Below, piece by piece: positions 36,703-49,923 of a stretch of DNA of 64,000 bases (its first letter is position 1; every line of letters begins with the position of its first letter). The stretch comes from Octopus vulgaris. Its lineage: Eukaryota. The notes below the pieces were generated by a model, which did no database searches, was not told the origin of the DNA, and saw only the letters and a list, made by a program, of their open reading frames with translations. The stretch covers positions 18,972,001 to 19,036,000 of the forward strand of contig OX597820.1 in NCBI GenBank assembly GCA_951406725.2, given 5' to 3'. Position numbers and translations under genes: made by a program.

Positions 36703-38508
36703 TTTGTTGATTATTGTAAAACATATCATCTGTATTCATACACAACATGGTCTTTTTCTTTCACCTAACAGCTTGAAGCTTTGATTGTTGATTGGGGCAG
36801 TGTTATCAGGTGGTATTGGTTACACAGCTCTCTTTTATACTTTGCTATTCACTTAGAAAGAAAAGAAAAAAAAAAGAAAAAAGCATAGCCTTTGTTAGGA
36901 TTAAACCTGTTCTGTAGCTTTTTATAATTTGTTAAAATGTGTGAGCTTGTCTTTTCTGGGAAGCAACTAGACTGAGGGTGAAAAAGAAAAACAAAAGCTA
37001 TCAAGTGGTGAGGATGTGAAGATTTGTTTATATATTGCAGTGCTTGCTGACTTGCTAGTGAAACAAGTACTGACCTGTAATGAGGTTAGAGTTGTGGACT
37101 AGACTTTCAACATGAATAACTGGTCTTTTCTTTTCTTTTTTTTTTTTTAAATAAAGACAGTGATTTTATTCATTTATTTATTTATATTTTATGTCTCTGT
37201 TGGATATAATATTTATCAGATATATAAATATTCTATCTTACCATATTTTAGGGATAAACCTTTTTACATCCCATCATCAGCTAACGTCTGTTTTTCATGC
37301 TGGCATGGGTTGTACAGTTTGACAAGAACTCGCCTGTTTGAGAGCTGCACTAGGCTCCAATTGTCTGTTTAGGCATGGTTTCCATGGCTGAATGTCAACC
37401 AGTTTACAGGTTGTACTGGGTGCATATACTGTGGTATCATCATCATCATTTAACGTCCGCTTTCCATGCTAGCATGGGCTGGACGATTTGACTGAGGACT
37501 GGTGGACCAGACGGCTGCACCAGGCTCCAATCTGATCTGGCAGTGTTTCAACAGCTGGATGCCCTTCCTAACGCCAACCACTCCGAGAGTGTAGTGGGTG
37601 CTTTTACGTGCCACCGGCACAAGGGCCAGTCAGCTGGTACTGGCAACGGCCATGCTCAAATGGTGTTTTTTATGTGCCACTTGCACAGGAGCCAGTCCAA
37701 CGGCACTGGCAACGACCTTGCTCAAATGGTTTTCTTTATGTGCCATTGACAGGTGCTCCTACATGGCACTGGCACGGGTGCTTTTACATGGCACTAAGAC
37801 AAGTGCTTTTTATGTGACACCAACTCCTGCAAGTCCTGAAGATAGGGACCTCTCTGCTGAAAGAGGGACATAAAAGACACATGTATGTATGGATGGATGG
37901 CCATGGTTTTACTCAGCTTGACATGTCTTCTCAAGTACAGTCAACCACCAGAAATCTCAGTTCCTTGTCATCTCCTCTATGAGGCTTAATGCCTGAAGAT
38001 CCTTTCTTACCACTTCGTCCCATGTTTTCCTGAGTCTACCCTTCTATAATTTTGCATCTGGCATTCTTTTTTCATTGAAACAATGAACATGAATTAGAAT
38101 ATATGGTATCATTTTTAACATCCACTTTTCCATCCTCACATGGACTGAACAGGATTGTTGCGGCTTATTTTCTATAGCCAGGTGCCCTTCCTGTCACCAA
38201 CCTTAAACTGTTTCCAGGCAAGGCAATATACCTCATGCTTTTATGGAAGACTTGAGGTGAAGGACACCACTTTTAAGATGTTAATGCTTATTTACTACTT
38301 GACGTGCTGTCAAGACAAGGAGGGAGAAACACACACACACAGCAGGCTTCTTCCAGTTTTTGTCTATCAAATCCATTGACAAGGATTTTGATGTCCCAGA
38401 GTTGTAGTAGAAGACACTTGCCCAATGTATCACACAGTTGGACTGAACCAGAAACCTTGTGATTGGGAGACAAACTTCCGAACCACACATATTTATTGTT
38501 TGCCTTAA

Positions 38509-38727
38509 CCTTTTCGTTACTTTATTTATTTTGAGATGCTCTGTTTTTCTTTCAATTACTTTAAATACAACAAAAAATTTGGTAAAATAACTTTGTTATC
38601 ATTCAGCTAGTGTTAGGAACACATATTGTGACTAAGGTTTGGGGAAAATTTTAATTCAAAACTTATGAAAACAAGACATTTATACTCAGAGGCAGAGCCG
38701 GCTTCAGCCGGGTTGGTAACGAAAGGG
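38509..38727. mobile_element. TTAA-flanked MITE, family 2
   Basis: TTAA|CCTTTTCGTTAC ... GTAACGAAAGGG|TTAA; homologous to 29437-29639. Confidence 0.82.
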
Positions 38728-38974
38728 TTAAGTCTGCAGGAATATGAAGCTGGGGGCGTAGGTGCTATTTGAATTTTCAAGATGCCTGCATTTAGTACAG
38801 TACCACTGGCATTCCTTTTTGGCTTGGTGTACAGGAGCAACATGAAACGTCTTGCTGAAGGACACAGTGTGTCAAATACACAGCCTAGCAGTTATGCTCC
38901 TAACATCTTTACCACAAGGCCCTAAAGCTTTCATATATGTGTTTGTTTGTGTGTGTGTATGTGTGTGTATTCAG

Positions 38975-39137
38975 TTGTCACTAATTGTGACTGAAGTTGC
39001 AGGGTAGCACCTACATTGCTAGAAATAAGTGTTAAAACCTCTTAGAATTACAAAAAAAAGCACTAAGGGTTTTTTTTAAACTCTTATTTCTAGCAATGTA
39101 GGTGCTACCTGGCACCCTCAGTCACAATTTGTGACAA
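38975..39137. repeat. Foldback with ~70-bp arms
   Basis: GGTAGCACCTACATTGCTAGAAATAAG versus CTTATTTCTAGCAATGTAGGTGCTACC forms a perfect core. Confidence 0.9.
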
Positions 39138-39190
39138 TTTTAATTTTCTTTTTTCAGTTTATATTGTGTATAGCTGCCTTCATTATTTCT

Positions 39191-39221
<31 letters not shown>

Positions 39222-39496
39222 GTATAGTCTTTCAGTAGATCAAAATTGCTATTCAAGTGATTAGGTGTCCTGAAAACTAAATTAGTTTGAAAAAAGATAG
39301 TTTCTTTGATCTTTTTTTTGTGTAGAATATTAATTTAAGTGTCGTCATGTATGATTATAAAGTTTTCTTCTGTGAAACAATCTCGCTGTTTAACTGGGTT
39401 AAGTTAGGTATTACTTCATGCCAGGTCCTATTTCACTGAGTGATATTACGTCATCATCATCATCATCCAATTCTCTATGCTTTTCCCATGCTTGCA

Positions 39497-39926
39497 TCAG
39501 TTCCTCACCTCATTGAAGTCTTTCATCGCCTTCTTTGCGAAACTTGACATCGTGAGATCAGTTTCCATTACATCTGTCAATGTCTTCCTTGCTTTTTCCC
39601 TTTCTTTACTTTTTCCTTTCTCTTGAATCTTTTGCACTTCTTTTAACCAACTATCGTCCTTCATACCACAGCAGTTTCTGTCTTGAACCCTACATCTGAT
39701 TTCTCTTCCCTTTACTCTTTTACTTGTTTCAGTCATTTGACTGCAGCCATGATGGAGAACTGTCTTTAGTCGAGCAAATCGACCCCAGGACTTATTCTTT
39801 GCAAGCCTAGTTCTTATTCTATCAGGCTCTTTTGCCGAACTGCTAAGTTACGGGGATGTAAACACACCAGCATCGGTTGTCAAGCGATGTTGGAGGGACA
39901 AACACAGACACACAAACATACACACA

Positions 39927-39958
<32 letters not shown>

Positions 39959-39959
39959 T

Positions 39960-40002
<43 letters not shown>

Positions 40003-41865
40003 CATATATATGATGGGCTTCTTTCAGTTTCCATCTACCAAATCCAATCACAAGGCTTTGGGCGACCTGAGGTCATAGTAGAAGACACTTGCCCAAGGTG
40101 CCACGCAGTGGGACTGAACCCAGAACCATGTGGTTCGTAAGCAAGCTACTTACCACACAGCCACTCTTCATAGTTTATAGCCACCAATATTACAAATCCA
40201 ATGTGCCTTCCCAAGCACTGTGTACCACCCATCATCTTGGTCCTTTGCCATCTTTTCCACGAAGCACTCAGCATTCCTCACTTCATCCTGAGTTTTCCTT
40301 TTCCATAAGTTCTCTGTACCATAAGCGATTGGCACATCTTTACCCAACTATCCATCTCCGTTTGCATCACATGGACAAACCAATTTAACCTTCTCTCTTG
40401 CACACATCTTACACCTCTTATTCCCAATTTGTCTCTCAACACATCATCTGTGCTTTGTTATTCCTGTACACAGTCATTGCACATCCAGCAGAGCATTCTT
40501 GCTTTATTTTTAATTTCTTTCTAGTCTTTGCCGTTCCTCTGCATTGAGGTCTTACATCTCACTACCATGTAGGATTGCAGTTTGTACACAGGCATTATAC
40601 AATGTGGCTTTCACACTGTGCAAGAAACACCTTTTGTCACCAACAGCGGTTGTACCTCTCTGAACTTTCTCCAGCTTATACTATACTTTCAAAACATCCT
40701 CCACATCTAGGTAACAGAAACTATTTACTACAAGGCGGTGAGCTGGCAGAAACATTAGCACGCTGGGCGAAATGCTTAGCGGTATTTTGTCTGTCTATAC
40801 ATTCTGAGTTCAAATTCCACCAAGGTTGACTTTGCCTTTCTTCCTTTCGGGGTCGATAAATTAAGTACCAGTTACGCACTGGGGTCGATGTAATCGACTT
40901 CATCCCTTTGTCATTGTTTGTCCCCTCTGTGTTTAGCCCCTTATGGGAAATAAAGAAATAAGAAACTATTTACTACCCCTAGGAATTCCCCTGGGCAGCA
41001 TCAGTTTCCCTTATTGGTTATTAATCCTGGGTAATCTGCTACATTAAAGAATCTGCTTTCTCTGTTAATCTACCAATATTTCCACTGTATCTCTTATGTG
41101 ACTCAATTTTGCACTGTATTCCTTATATGCACCACATAACTGACCAAAGCCCTTTTCCTTGATTCTAGCAGGGCCCTGACTGTTTTCCAACTCACCAGTA
41201 CTTTAGCCTTTGCTAGGTTAACCTTGACGACCTTTGATTCCAAGTTTGTTTCCCATGTCAGAAATTTCTTCTTTCATCCTACTACAGATCCATCTATAAA
41301 AATGATGTCATCTGTCTGTAGGATTTTCCACAGGAACCCCTCTGTTATATCCTGGAGGGATATAAAAACCCTTTAGCATTAAAACCAGCCATATCTGGCC
41401 TAAATACTCTACTTCCTTTTTGTTCAAACCAGCCAGATCCAGCCTCTTACACCTACCCTGTAATATCATTCCCAAAGTAAAAAGTCACATCATGGAAATC
41501 TGATAGCTATGACATAATGCATGACTGATTCAAAACAATGTAAATAAATAAGCATTTTATTTCATAAGGCTAAAGGGTTAATAAAAAAGTAGGGAACTGA
41601 GCACTGAGCCTTAGTGGATCCCTACTGGCTTACTGAATTTGTTATCATTCTTGTTACAAACTCTTGCTTTGCTGACAGTATACTTGTGCATGGCTTGTAT
41701 GGTTCCCACAAGTCATTTGTCTGAACTCAACTACCACAGTCCCCAGCAGATCACTAAGAGAGAAGAGGGGCCTTGTTGAAGGCTTTCTCTAGGTTGATGA
41801 ATATAGGTACAGTGGTTTATTTTTAGCTAAGTACTTCTCTTGCAGTTGTCTAATTAGAAAGATGG
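39497..41865 (-). mobile_element. Fragmented RTE-type LINE interrupted by SINE A (39710-40168), SINE B (40732-40963) and a MITE (41369-41577)
   Basis: Minus-strand remnants include DDSWLKEVQK..RKTLTDVMETDL, GLSM*CKRRWIVG and RT-like IL..DDIIFI and FINLEKAFN(K). Confidence 0.6.
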
Positions 41866-41917
41866 AATCAGTAGTGCTTAAGATAGGTGTGTGTGTGTGT
41901 ATGTATGTTTATATATA

Positions 41918-41965
<48 letters not shown>

Positions 41966-42012
41966 CATATATATGTACATGTATGTATATACCTACGTAT
42001 ATGTATGTATAG

Positions 42013-42340
42013 TGAAGGCACATGGCTCAGTGGTTAGAGCATACGATCGTGAGGTTGTGAGTTCGAATCCCGGACCAGGCAGTGTGTTGTGTTTTTGAGC
42101 AAGACACTTTATTTCATGTTGCTCCAGTTCGCTCAACTGTAGAAATGAGTTGCGACATCACAGGTGCCAAGCTGTATCGGCCGTTGCCTTTCCCTTGGAT
42201 AACACTGGTGGCGTGGATGGGGAGGTCGGTATGCATGGGCGACTGCTGGTCTTCCATAAAACAACCTTGCCCGGACTTGTACCTCGGAGGGTAACTTTCT
42301 AGGTGCAATCCCATGGTCAGTCATGACCGAAGGGGGGTTT
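42013..42340 (+). mobile_element. SINE family D, full length
   Basis: A box TGGCTCAGTGG, B box GTTCGAATCCC, CORE-like TTGAGCAAGACACTTTA. Confidence 0.82.
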
Positions 42341-42789
42341 CAGCACATGTGTGTATAATATATATTTATATGTGTGTGCATGTGTGCGTGTGCGTGTGCA
42401 CGTGTGTGTGTGCGCGTGTGTGAGTGTGTGTGCCCGTGTGTGTAAATGCAAATACATTTCTAGGCAATACTGAAGGTGTTTCTTTAAAGTTAACTGTAAA
42501 CTCAGAATTGGTAAATTTATCAATTAAAATTGATGCATGTGTGTGTATATATATATAATATTATATTATATGTACATATACATTCACACATGAATAGATG
42601 TATACATAGAAATACACACACACACACACACATGAATTAGGAATAGACAATCTGGTTTATTGGATATTTGATCGGAATACTTCGGCTGCATCTCAATATT
42701 CTAAAATTGTAACTCGAGGCTGGTAAATTTAAGTTTCATTGCAAATACTTTTATCCTCCATAAACAAAATTATGACTGCGATAAAAATA

Positions 42790-42868
42790 ACACACACACA
42801 CACACACGTGATGAATCATGTTGAATATATACACACATACACACATATACATACTCACATATATATGC

Positions 42869-42904
<36 letters not shown>

Positions 42905-42931
42905 ATATATATATATGTGTGTGTGTGTATA

Positions 42932-42981
<50 letters not shown>

Positions 42982-43310
42982 CATACATAAATATATATAC
43001 ACATATATGTATATATATATGTGTGTGTGTGTGTGTATATATATATATGTATATATATATATATGTGTGTCTGTATATATGTGTGTGTGTGTATATATAT
43101 ATATACATACATATATATGTACATATATATATATATATACATACATATATATATACACATATATATATATCTATGTATATATATATATGTATATATATGT
43201 ATATATGTATATATATATATGTATGTATGTATATATATATATTTGTATGTATATATATATGTATGTATATATTATATATATATATATACATATATATACA
43301 CATATATATA
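42790..43310. repeat. Compound (TA)/(TG)/(CA) microsatellite
   Basis: Directly visible. Confidence 0.97.
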
Positions 43311-43576
43311 AGAAAACCAATTTGCTTAGTTATGTCTTTCTTAACACCTTGTACTCTTCATTTCTTTTAGTGTGAAATTTTATGAAATAGAATAAAACGA
43401 AACTTTAATTTAATACAACTCCCCCCCCCCTACACATTCTCCACACTAAACCGTACTTATACTTACATTGATGTATGGCTGTCATTTGGTACTGAAGCTT
43501 ACCTGAAGGGTCTTGTGTCTTGACGGAAATGATGATCACAATAAATGGAGGAATGCTTTTTAATTACATAAATCAA

Positions 43577-43735
43577 CAGCAGGAGTGGCTGTGTGGTAAG
43601 TAGCTTGCTTACCAACCTCATGGTTCCGGGTTCATTTCCATTGCGTGGCACCGTGGGCAAGTGTCTTCTACTATAGCCTCGGGCTGACCCAAGCCTTGTG
43701 AGTGGATTTGGTAGACGGAAACTGAAAGAAGCCCG

Positions 43736-43808
<73 letters not shown>

Positions 43809-44020
43809 TTGTGTGTCGTTGTTTGTCCCTCCTAACATCGCTTGACAACCAATGCTGGGTGTGTTTACGTCCCCATAACTTAGCAGTTCGGCAAAAGAGA
43901 CCGAAAGAATAAGTACTAGGCTTCCAAAGAATAAGTCTTGAGGTCGACTTGCTTGACTAAAGGCAGTGCTCCAGCATGGCCGTAGTCAAATGACTGACAC
44001 AAGTAAAAGAATAAAAGAAA
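43577..44020 (+). mobile_element. SINE family A, full length
   Basis: Complete copy. Confidence 0.88.
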
Positions 44021-44087
44021 GAAAGCATATTTCTTTCCTTTATCATTTGTTCCAGTCGTTAGACTGCGGCCATGCTGGGGCATCAGC

Positions 44088-44957
44088 CCTTTCCATTTTT
44101 CTCTCATATGTAGGGAGCCTGTTTTGAATGTTATTCAACATGTTCCTTTCCAAGACAATAAGCTTTGATTTGAGGAGGGTTTAGCTCCTGTTTCTAGCTA
44201 GCAGTCTGAGGAATCACATAAATGTTCCCTCATTGGCCTTTCCATCTTTCTCTCTTATGTAGGGACCTCAGGTTGAACTTTATTCAATGTCTTCTTTTCC
44301 AAGACTATAGGGTTTAATTTGAGGGAGATTTGGCTGCTATTTCTTGCTAGCAAACTGAGCAATCACATGGAAGTCTCCTTATTTGCTTTTCCATCTTTTT
44401 TGTTATGTAGAGGCCCCAGATCAAACCTTATCCAATGTATTCTTTGCTTAGACAATAGTTTGATTTAAGGGAGATTTGGCTGCTATTTCTAGCAAGTGAT
44501 TGAGCAATTGCTTAGGTGTTTCAACACTGGCTTTTCCATCTTTTTCTCATATGTAGGGACCCCAGGTTGAACACTATCGAACATGTTCTTTTCTCTCTGG
44601 TTTGAGGGAGATTTGGCTGCTATTTCTAGCTAGCAGGCTGAGCAACCACATAGATGTTTTCTCAATGACTTTTCCATTTTTTCCTTATATGTAGGGACCC
44701 CAGGTTGAATGTTATTCACATTCTTTTCCAAGACAATAGGGTTTGATTTAAGGGAAATTGAACTGCTATTTCTAGCTTGTGACCTGAGCAACTATTTTCT
44801 CAGTGGCCTTTCCATCTTTTTCTCCTATGTAGGGATCCTAGATTGAACCTTATTCAAAGTTCTTTTCTAAGATAATAGCATTTGAATCAGTGGCAATTTG
44901 GCTGCTATTTCTAGCTAGCTGGTTGAGCACTCACATAGATGCTCCTTCATTGGCTTG
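44088..44957. repeat. Diverged tandem array, six units of ~145 bp
   Basis: TTTCCAT..ATGTAGGGACC..TTATTCAA..GAGGGAGATTTGGCTGCTATTTCTAGC recurs from about 44090, 44238, 44387, 44532, 44670 and 44808. Confidence 0.88.
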
Positions 44958-45227
44958 TTTAGTGAAGCGTTTGTTCATTTTGTGACATAATTAGCTCTGG
45001 GTGTGGAGCCATGGGTAGTGTATTTATGAGGGTTTGGATTTAAAGAATGTCTTTGTTTGTAACAAAAGATTTTTGCTTTCCATACAAAGAAAGAAGAAGA
45101 AAAGCACAGAGTTTTGTGAAGTGTATGGAGAAAGTGTATCTGTTGCTGTACGGGTGAATGTGAGACATGAATAGCAAAAGGCTAAAAATGCCTTGTGAGT
45201 GAACTTGGTTGGCAGAAACTGTGTGGA

Positions 45228-45820
45228 AGGCGGCGAGCTGGCAGAATCGTTAGCACCCCAGGCGAAATGCTTAGCAGTATTTTGTCTGTCGTTACTTTCT
45301 GAGTTCAAATTCTGCCGAGGTCGACTTTGCCTTTCATCCTTTCGGGGTTGATAAATTAAGTACCAGTTACGCACTGGGGTCGATGTAATCGACTTAATCC
45401 ATTTGTCTGTCCTTGTTTGTTTCCTCTGTGTGTAGCCCCTTGTGGGCAGTAAAGAAATAGGTATTTCGTCTGTCTTTACATTCTGAGTTCAAATTCCACT
45501 GAGGTTGACTTTGCCTTTCATCCTTTTGGGGTCGATAAATTAAGTACCAGTTACGCACTGGGGTTGGTGTAATCAACTTAATCCCTTTGCCTTTCCTTGT
45601 TTGTTCCCTCTATGTTTAGCCCCTTGTGGGCAATAAAGAAATAAGAAACGATAGCATGCCGGGCAAGCGGTATTTCGCCTGCCGTTACGGTCTGAGTTCA
45701 AATTCCACTGAGGTCGACTTTGCCTTTCATCCTTTCGAGGCCGATAAATTAAGTACCAGTTAATTTACTAGGGTCAATGTAATTTACTTAATTCCTTTGT
45801 CCTTGTTTGTCCCCTCTATG
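45228..45820 (+). mobile_element. SINE family B trimer
   Basis: Three successive B bodies. Confidence 0.85.
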
Positions 45821-45972
45821 CGGCCATGCTGGAGCCTATTCTTTGGAAGCCTTGTATTTATTCTTTCGGTCTCTTTTGCCAAACCGCTAAGTTATGGGTA
45901 CGTAAACACATCACCATCGGTTGTCAAGTGATGTTGGGGGACAAACAGAGACACACAAACATATACACACCC

Positions 45973-46026
<54 letters not shown>

Positions 46027-47110
46027 AATATATATACATATATACAACGGGCTTCTTTCAGCTTCCATCTACCAAATCATTTCACAAGGCTTTGGTTGGC
46101 CCGAGACTATAGTAGAAGACACTTGCCCAAAGTGCCACACAGAGGGACTGAACCCAGAACCATGTGGTTGGTAAGCAAGCTACTTACCACACAGCCACTC
46201 CTGCGCCTATTCACGGTAAATAAGAATTTTTGTTGTGTAATTAGGATAAATTAATAAAAATTTATGAAATACTGTTTAAGACATACAAATTATTCACTTT
46301 GAATTTTTTATTTGCGGCTATTTTAATAGAAACCTAAAATAAAATTCAATCTATTTTAGATTATTTTTAGCATTGAATATCTCATTGGTGTGTTTGAACA
46401 AATCAACCGTCATTTATTTCCATTTCATATTTCAAACTTGCTATGAGAACACAATAGTTATATTTGCAATTAAAGAAATGGATTTGCTTCTATTCTTGGT
46501 TAATGATAAGCATAATCCTTTATCTTTTAATCTCTTACTTGTTTTAGTCATTGGACTGCAACCATGCTGGCACTTGTTTTTTCTCAAACCTGGTTCTTAT
46601 TCTCTTGATCTCTTTTGTTGAACTGCTAAGTTATAAGGATATAAACAAAACAACACCTGTTGTCAAATAGTGGTGAAGGACAAACACAAAAATAAACACA
46701 CACACACGTGTGATGGGCTTCTTTCAGTTTCTTTCCATCAAATTCACTCACAAGGCATTGGTTGACCTGGAGCGTATAGGGCAGCGAGCTGGCAGAACCA
46801 TTAGCACGTCGGGCGAAATGCGTAGCTGTATTTCGTCTGCCGCTACGTTCTGAGTTCAAATTCCACCGAGGTCGACTTTGCCTTTCATCCTTTCGGGGTC
46901 GATAAATTAAGTACCAGTTATGCACTGGGGTCGATGTAATCGACTTAATTCGTTTGTCTGTCCTTGTTTGTCCCCTCTATGTTTTGCCCCTTGTGGGCAA
47001 TAAAGAAACATATAGTAGAAGACACTTGCCCAAAGTGCCACACAGTGGGACTGAACCCAAAACTAGGTATTTGGGAAGTAAATTTCTTACTGCACAACCA
47101 CACTTGCACC
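45820..47110. mobile_element. Two SINE A copies (minus; 45820-46208, 46530-47110), the second with nested SINE B (46778-47008, plus)
   Basis: Family motifs present; TATAG direct repeat around the nested B copy. Confidence 0.78.
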
Positions 47111-47994
47111 TAAAATTATTACAAAATTTTTTTTACCTGTCTAAGTCTTTCTAAATTGCTGCCTTTCTCAGGTATTTTATACCTGGATACATCCATCTTT
47201 CAGTATTTTTAAGTTCACTGTTACGACTTGGCCTTGCAGCCTGCCAGCTCTACTGACGATAATTTTCAACCATACCCTTTCTGAGTCAATGATTCTAGCC
47301 TGCATAAACGTAGACTGCCTTCTATAGAATTGTTTCTCTGATATCTATGAAAAGAGATTCTATCGAGATTATCTGCTCTAATAATTTTCTAAGAAGTCAC
47401 CATGCCTGCTTGGTCTGATCCTGGGAAACTTCTTTCACAATGAAATAGCTAAGTGATGGCTTGGATAATTGTGGGTTCTTCCTGGTAATAAACAGATATT
47501 TTTTTTTTCTTTCTTTGACACTAGCTACTTGCATACAAAAATTTTCTTTTCAGTAAATCTGTGTTTGATCTGAAAGAAATTGCTATCAAAAGCGTAATTA
47601 ATGCTTGCACATCACTGAATCCACTATCTTAACTTTCTTTTATCATAAACACCCAGATCTCTAAGTACATGAATGAATATATATACTAACATGTCTGCAT
47701 AATTGGGCATGTATGTTAATTCTTTGTGTTCTACAACAGCTGAAAACAACCATGTATTTTTAAGGGGTAAATTGTAAGTATTTGTTTTCATAGTGGATAT
47801 TTCAGACATAAAGAAAATTATCTTTAGAGCATTCTTCGGCGTCATTATCAATTCTTTACGGTAAATAAGGTTTTTGTCTCATGAAAATGTTTTAAAAAAA
47901 TGTCTATTGTTAACATTTATTCCTTACACCTATTTCTGTAAAGTATGATTTGTGGGTTATTTTAGCAATATGGTAAGCACAGCCTTATATTATA

Positions 47995-48375
47995 GAAGCT
48001 TGAGAGACGGTTGGATGGAACTTACACTTGCCTCCTTATGAGAGCTCAAAATCTCTCGTGGAAGCATCATCCAACCAAAGTACAAATATATGGGAAATTA
48101 CCACCTGTGTCATCTCTTGTGAAAGGTAGAAGAGTCCAGTTTGCTGGACATTGTTGTAGAGCTGAAAACGAGGTAATCTCTACTCTTCTCCTCTGGAAGC
48201 CAACTGCTCGCGACACCAGAGGTTGCACACTCTCCTACTCTTACGTAATCTCCAGGGATACAGGCATCCAGCAACAGGACCTCCGTAATGCTATGATGGA
48301 CCGTGAAGTCTGGCGTAACATAGTAAATTCCATTGTCTTGACCTCGGTTGAACAATGATGAATGATGATGATGAT
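47995..48375 (+). mobile_element. RTE-like LINE 3' end with (GAT)n tail
   Basis: LDGTYTCLLMRAQNLSWKHHPT..RRVQFAGHCCR..LLLWKP..AMMDREVWR, stop codon, then a TGA repeat. Confidence 0.85.
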
Positions 48376-48984
48376 TATATTATAGATTATATTAACTCTT
48401 AAATCCTTATAGTGCTTATGTTTTATAACTCTTCGGCTCCTGATAGAAACTAGGGATTATATCTAGATGCAGTTAGTCCAGTATAAATCATGAAAAAAAT
48501 ATAACCATTACATGAATTTGGATGAAATTTGCTGACATAATATAATGATTATTGGTGTACATTCTGAATGTAGTTTTACTCATTGTTGTTGACTTTTACT
48601 TGTTGTCATGTCACTTTCACCTGCCAAGCTAGGTTGAATACAGTTTGGTTGATTATATGCCAGTGTTTCCAAATGTATTTATTTATATGATATTGATTTT
48701 TAAGCACCAATTTCCTGTCTCAGAGGCAAAGCCACACAACTCCCAAAAGAGACAGAATTTTGAGATATACCATTGTCTCCTCCATTCAAAGGTTTTATTT
48801 TATAAGGCACAGCAAATTAGTGTTATCTACCTGAGGTCACTACATATAATTACATTCTCCTTATCAACTCTCCGGGGACATGTAGACAGGTTTATAATCC
48901 AAGCTGTGTCCTTGTGAAGCACATCTGTTTATTCCACTACCCCAAGATTGTATGTGGTTGTTGCAATTGTGTGAGACATTTTTC

Positions 48985-49360
48985 TCTCTTTTACTTGTTT
49001 CAGTCATTTGACTGTGGCCATGCTGGAGCACCGGCTTTAATCGAACAAATCGACCCAGAACTTATTCTTTGTAAGCTTAGCCGAACCGCTACGTTACGGG
49101 GATGTAAACACACCAGCATTGGTTGTCAAGCGATGTTGGGGGGGACAAACACAGACACACAAACATATACACACACATATATATATACATATACACGACA
49201 GGTTTCTTTCAGTTTCCATCTACCAAATCCACTCACAAGGCTTTGGTCAGCCCGAGGCTATAGTAGAAGACACTTTCCCAAGATGCCACGCAGTGGGACT
49301 GAACCCGGAACCATGTGGTTGGTAAGCAAGCTACTTACCACACAGCCACTCTTGTGCCTA
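48985..49360 (-). mobile_element. SINE family A
   Basis: Family motifs with a small internal deletion. Confidence 0.85.
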
Positions 49361-49383
49361 TAACATTTTTAAAATTCTGGAAC

Positions 49384-49621
49384 TTAGTATTTACAGAGTA
49401 ATTACATATCAAAACAGGTCTGAAAAACATTTTCGTGTTATTTATTCACCATTACATGTGTTTCATTTGTTAATAAGAGTTACAAAATTCTCTTATATTT
49501 GATTCTCTGTCTAAGTTTTGTAACCCCTTTTAGCAAATGGAACATGTAATGGTGAATAAGTAAGACCAAATTTTTTTTTTAATCTCCTGTTTTGATATTT
49601 ATATGTATCAGTAAATAGTAA
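49384..49621. repeat. Foldback with ~100-bp arms
   Basis: TTATTCACCATTACATGT / ACATGTAATGGTGAATAA and ATATCAAAACAGG / CCTGTTTTGATAT. Confidence 0.88.
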
Positions 49622-49649
49622 CAAAGAAACCATTAATTAGTAATATAAC

Positions 49650-49923
49650 TTATTGTGTCTTGGGAGAGTCATTCTCTTTTAGTGCCTTATTATTTAACAC
49701 ACTCACTGGTTCGATTTCCAGTTATTTATTTATTTTTTCTGAAATTTTTTGTTGCAACGTTTTCAATAGTCACTGAGAGTCGTTGAGTGTCATTGTGAGT
49801 CAACAACTATTTAAAAGGTTGCAAGAAAATTTTAGAAAAAAAAAAATAAATGAGTGGAAATTAAATTAATGAGTGTGTTAAATAATAAGGCGCTAAAAGA
49901 GAATGACTCCCCTCAGACAATAA
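49650..49923. mobile_element. Foldback MITE with ~120-bp TIRs
   Basis: GAGTCATTCTCTTTTAGTGCCTTATTATTTAACACACTCA versus TGAGTGTGTTAAATAATAAGGCGCTAAAAGAGAATGACTC. Confidence 0.8.

Noticed and set aside
44088-44957. CRISPR-like appearance of regularly spaced motifs (also 27665-28540)
   Set aside because: Intervening sequences are homologous to one another, so these are tandem repeats, not unique spacers.
47270-47490. Possible minus-strand exon (acceptors near 47483 and 47345, donor near 47277)
   Set aside because: The longer version has stops in all frames; the shorter peptides match nothing I recognise.
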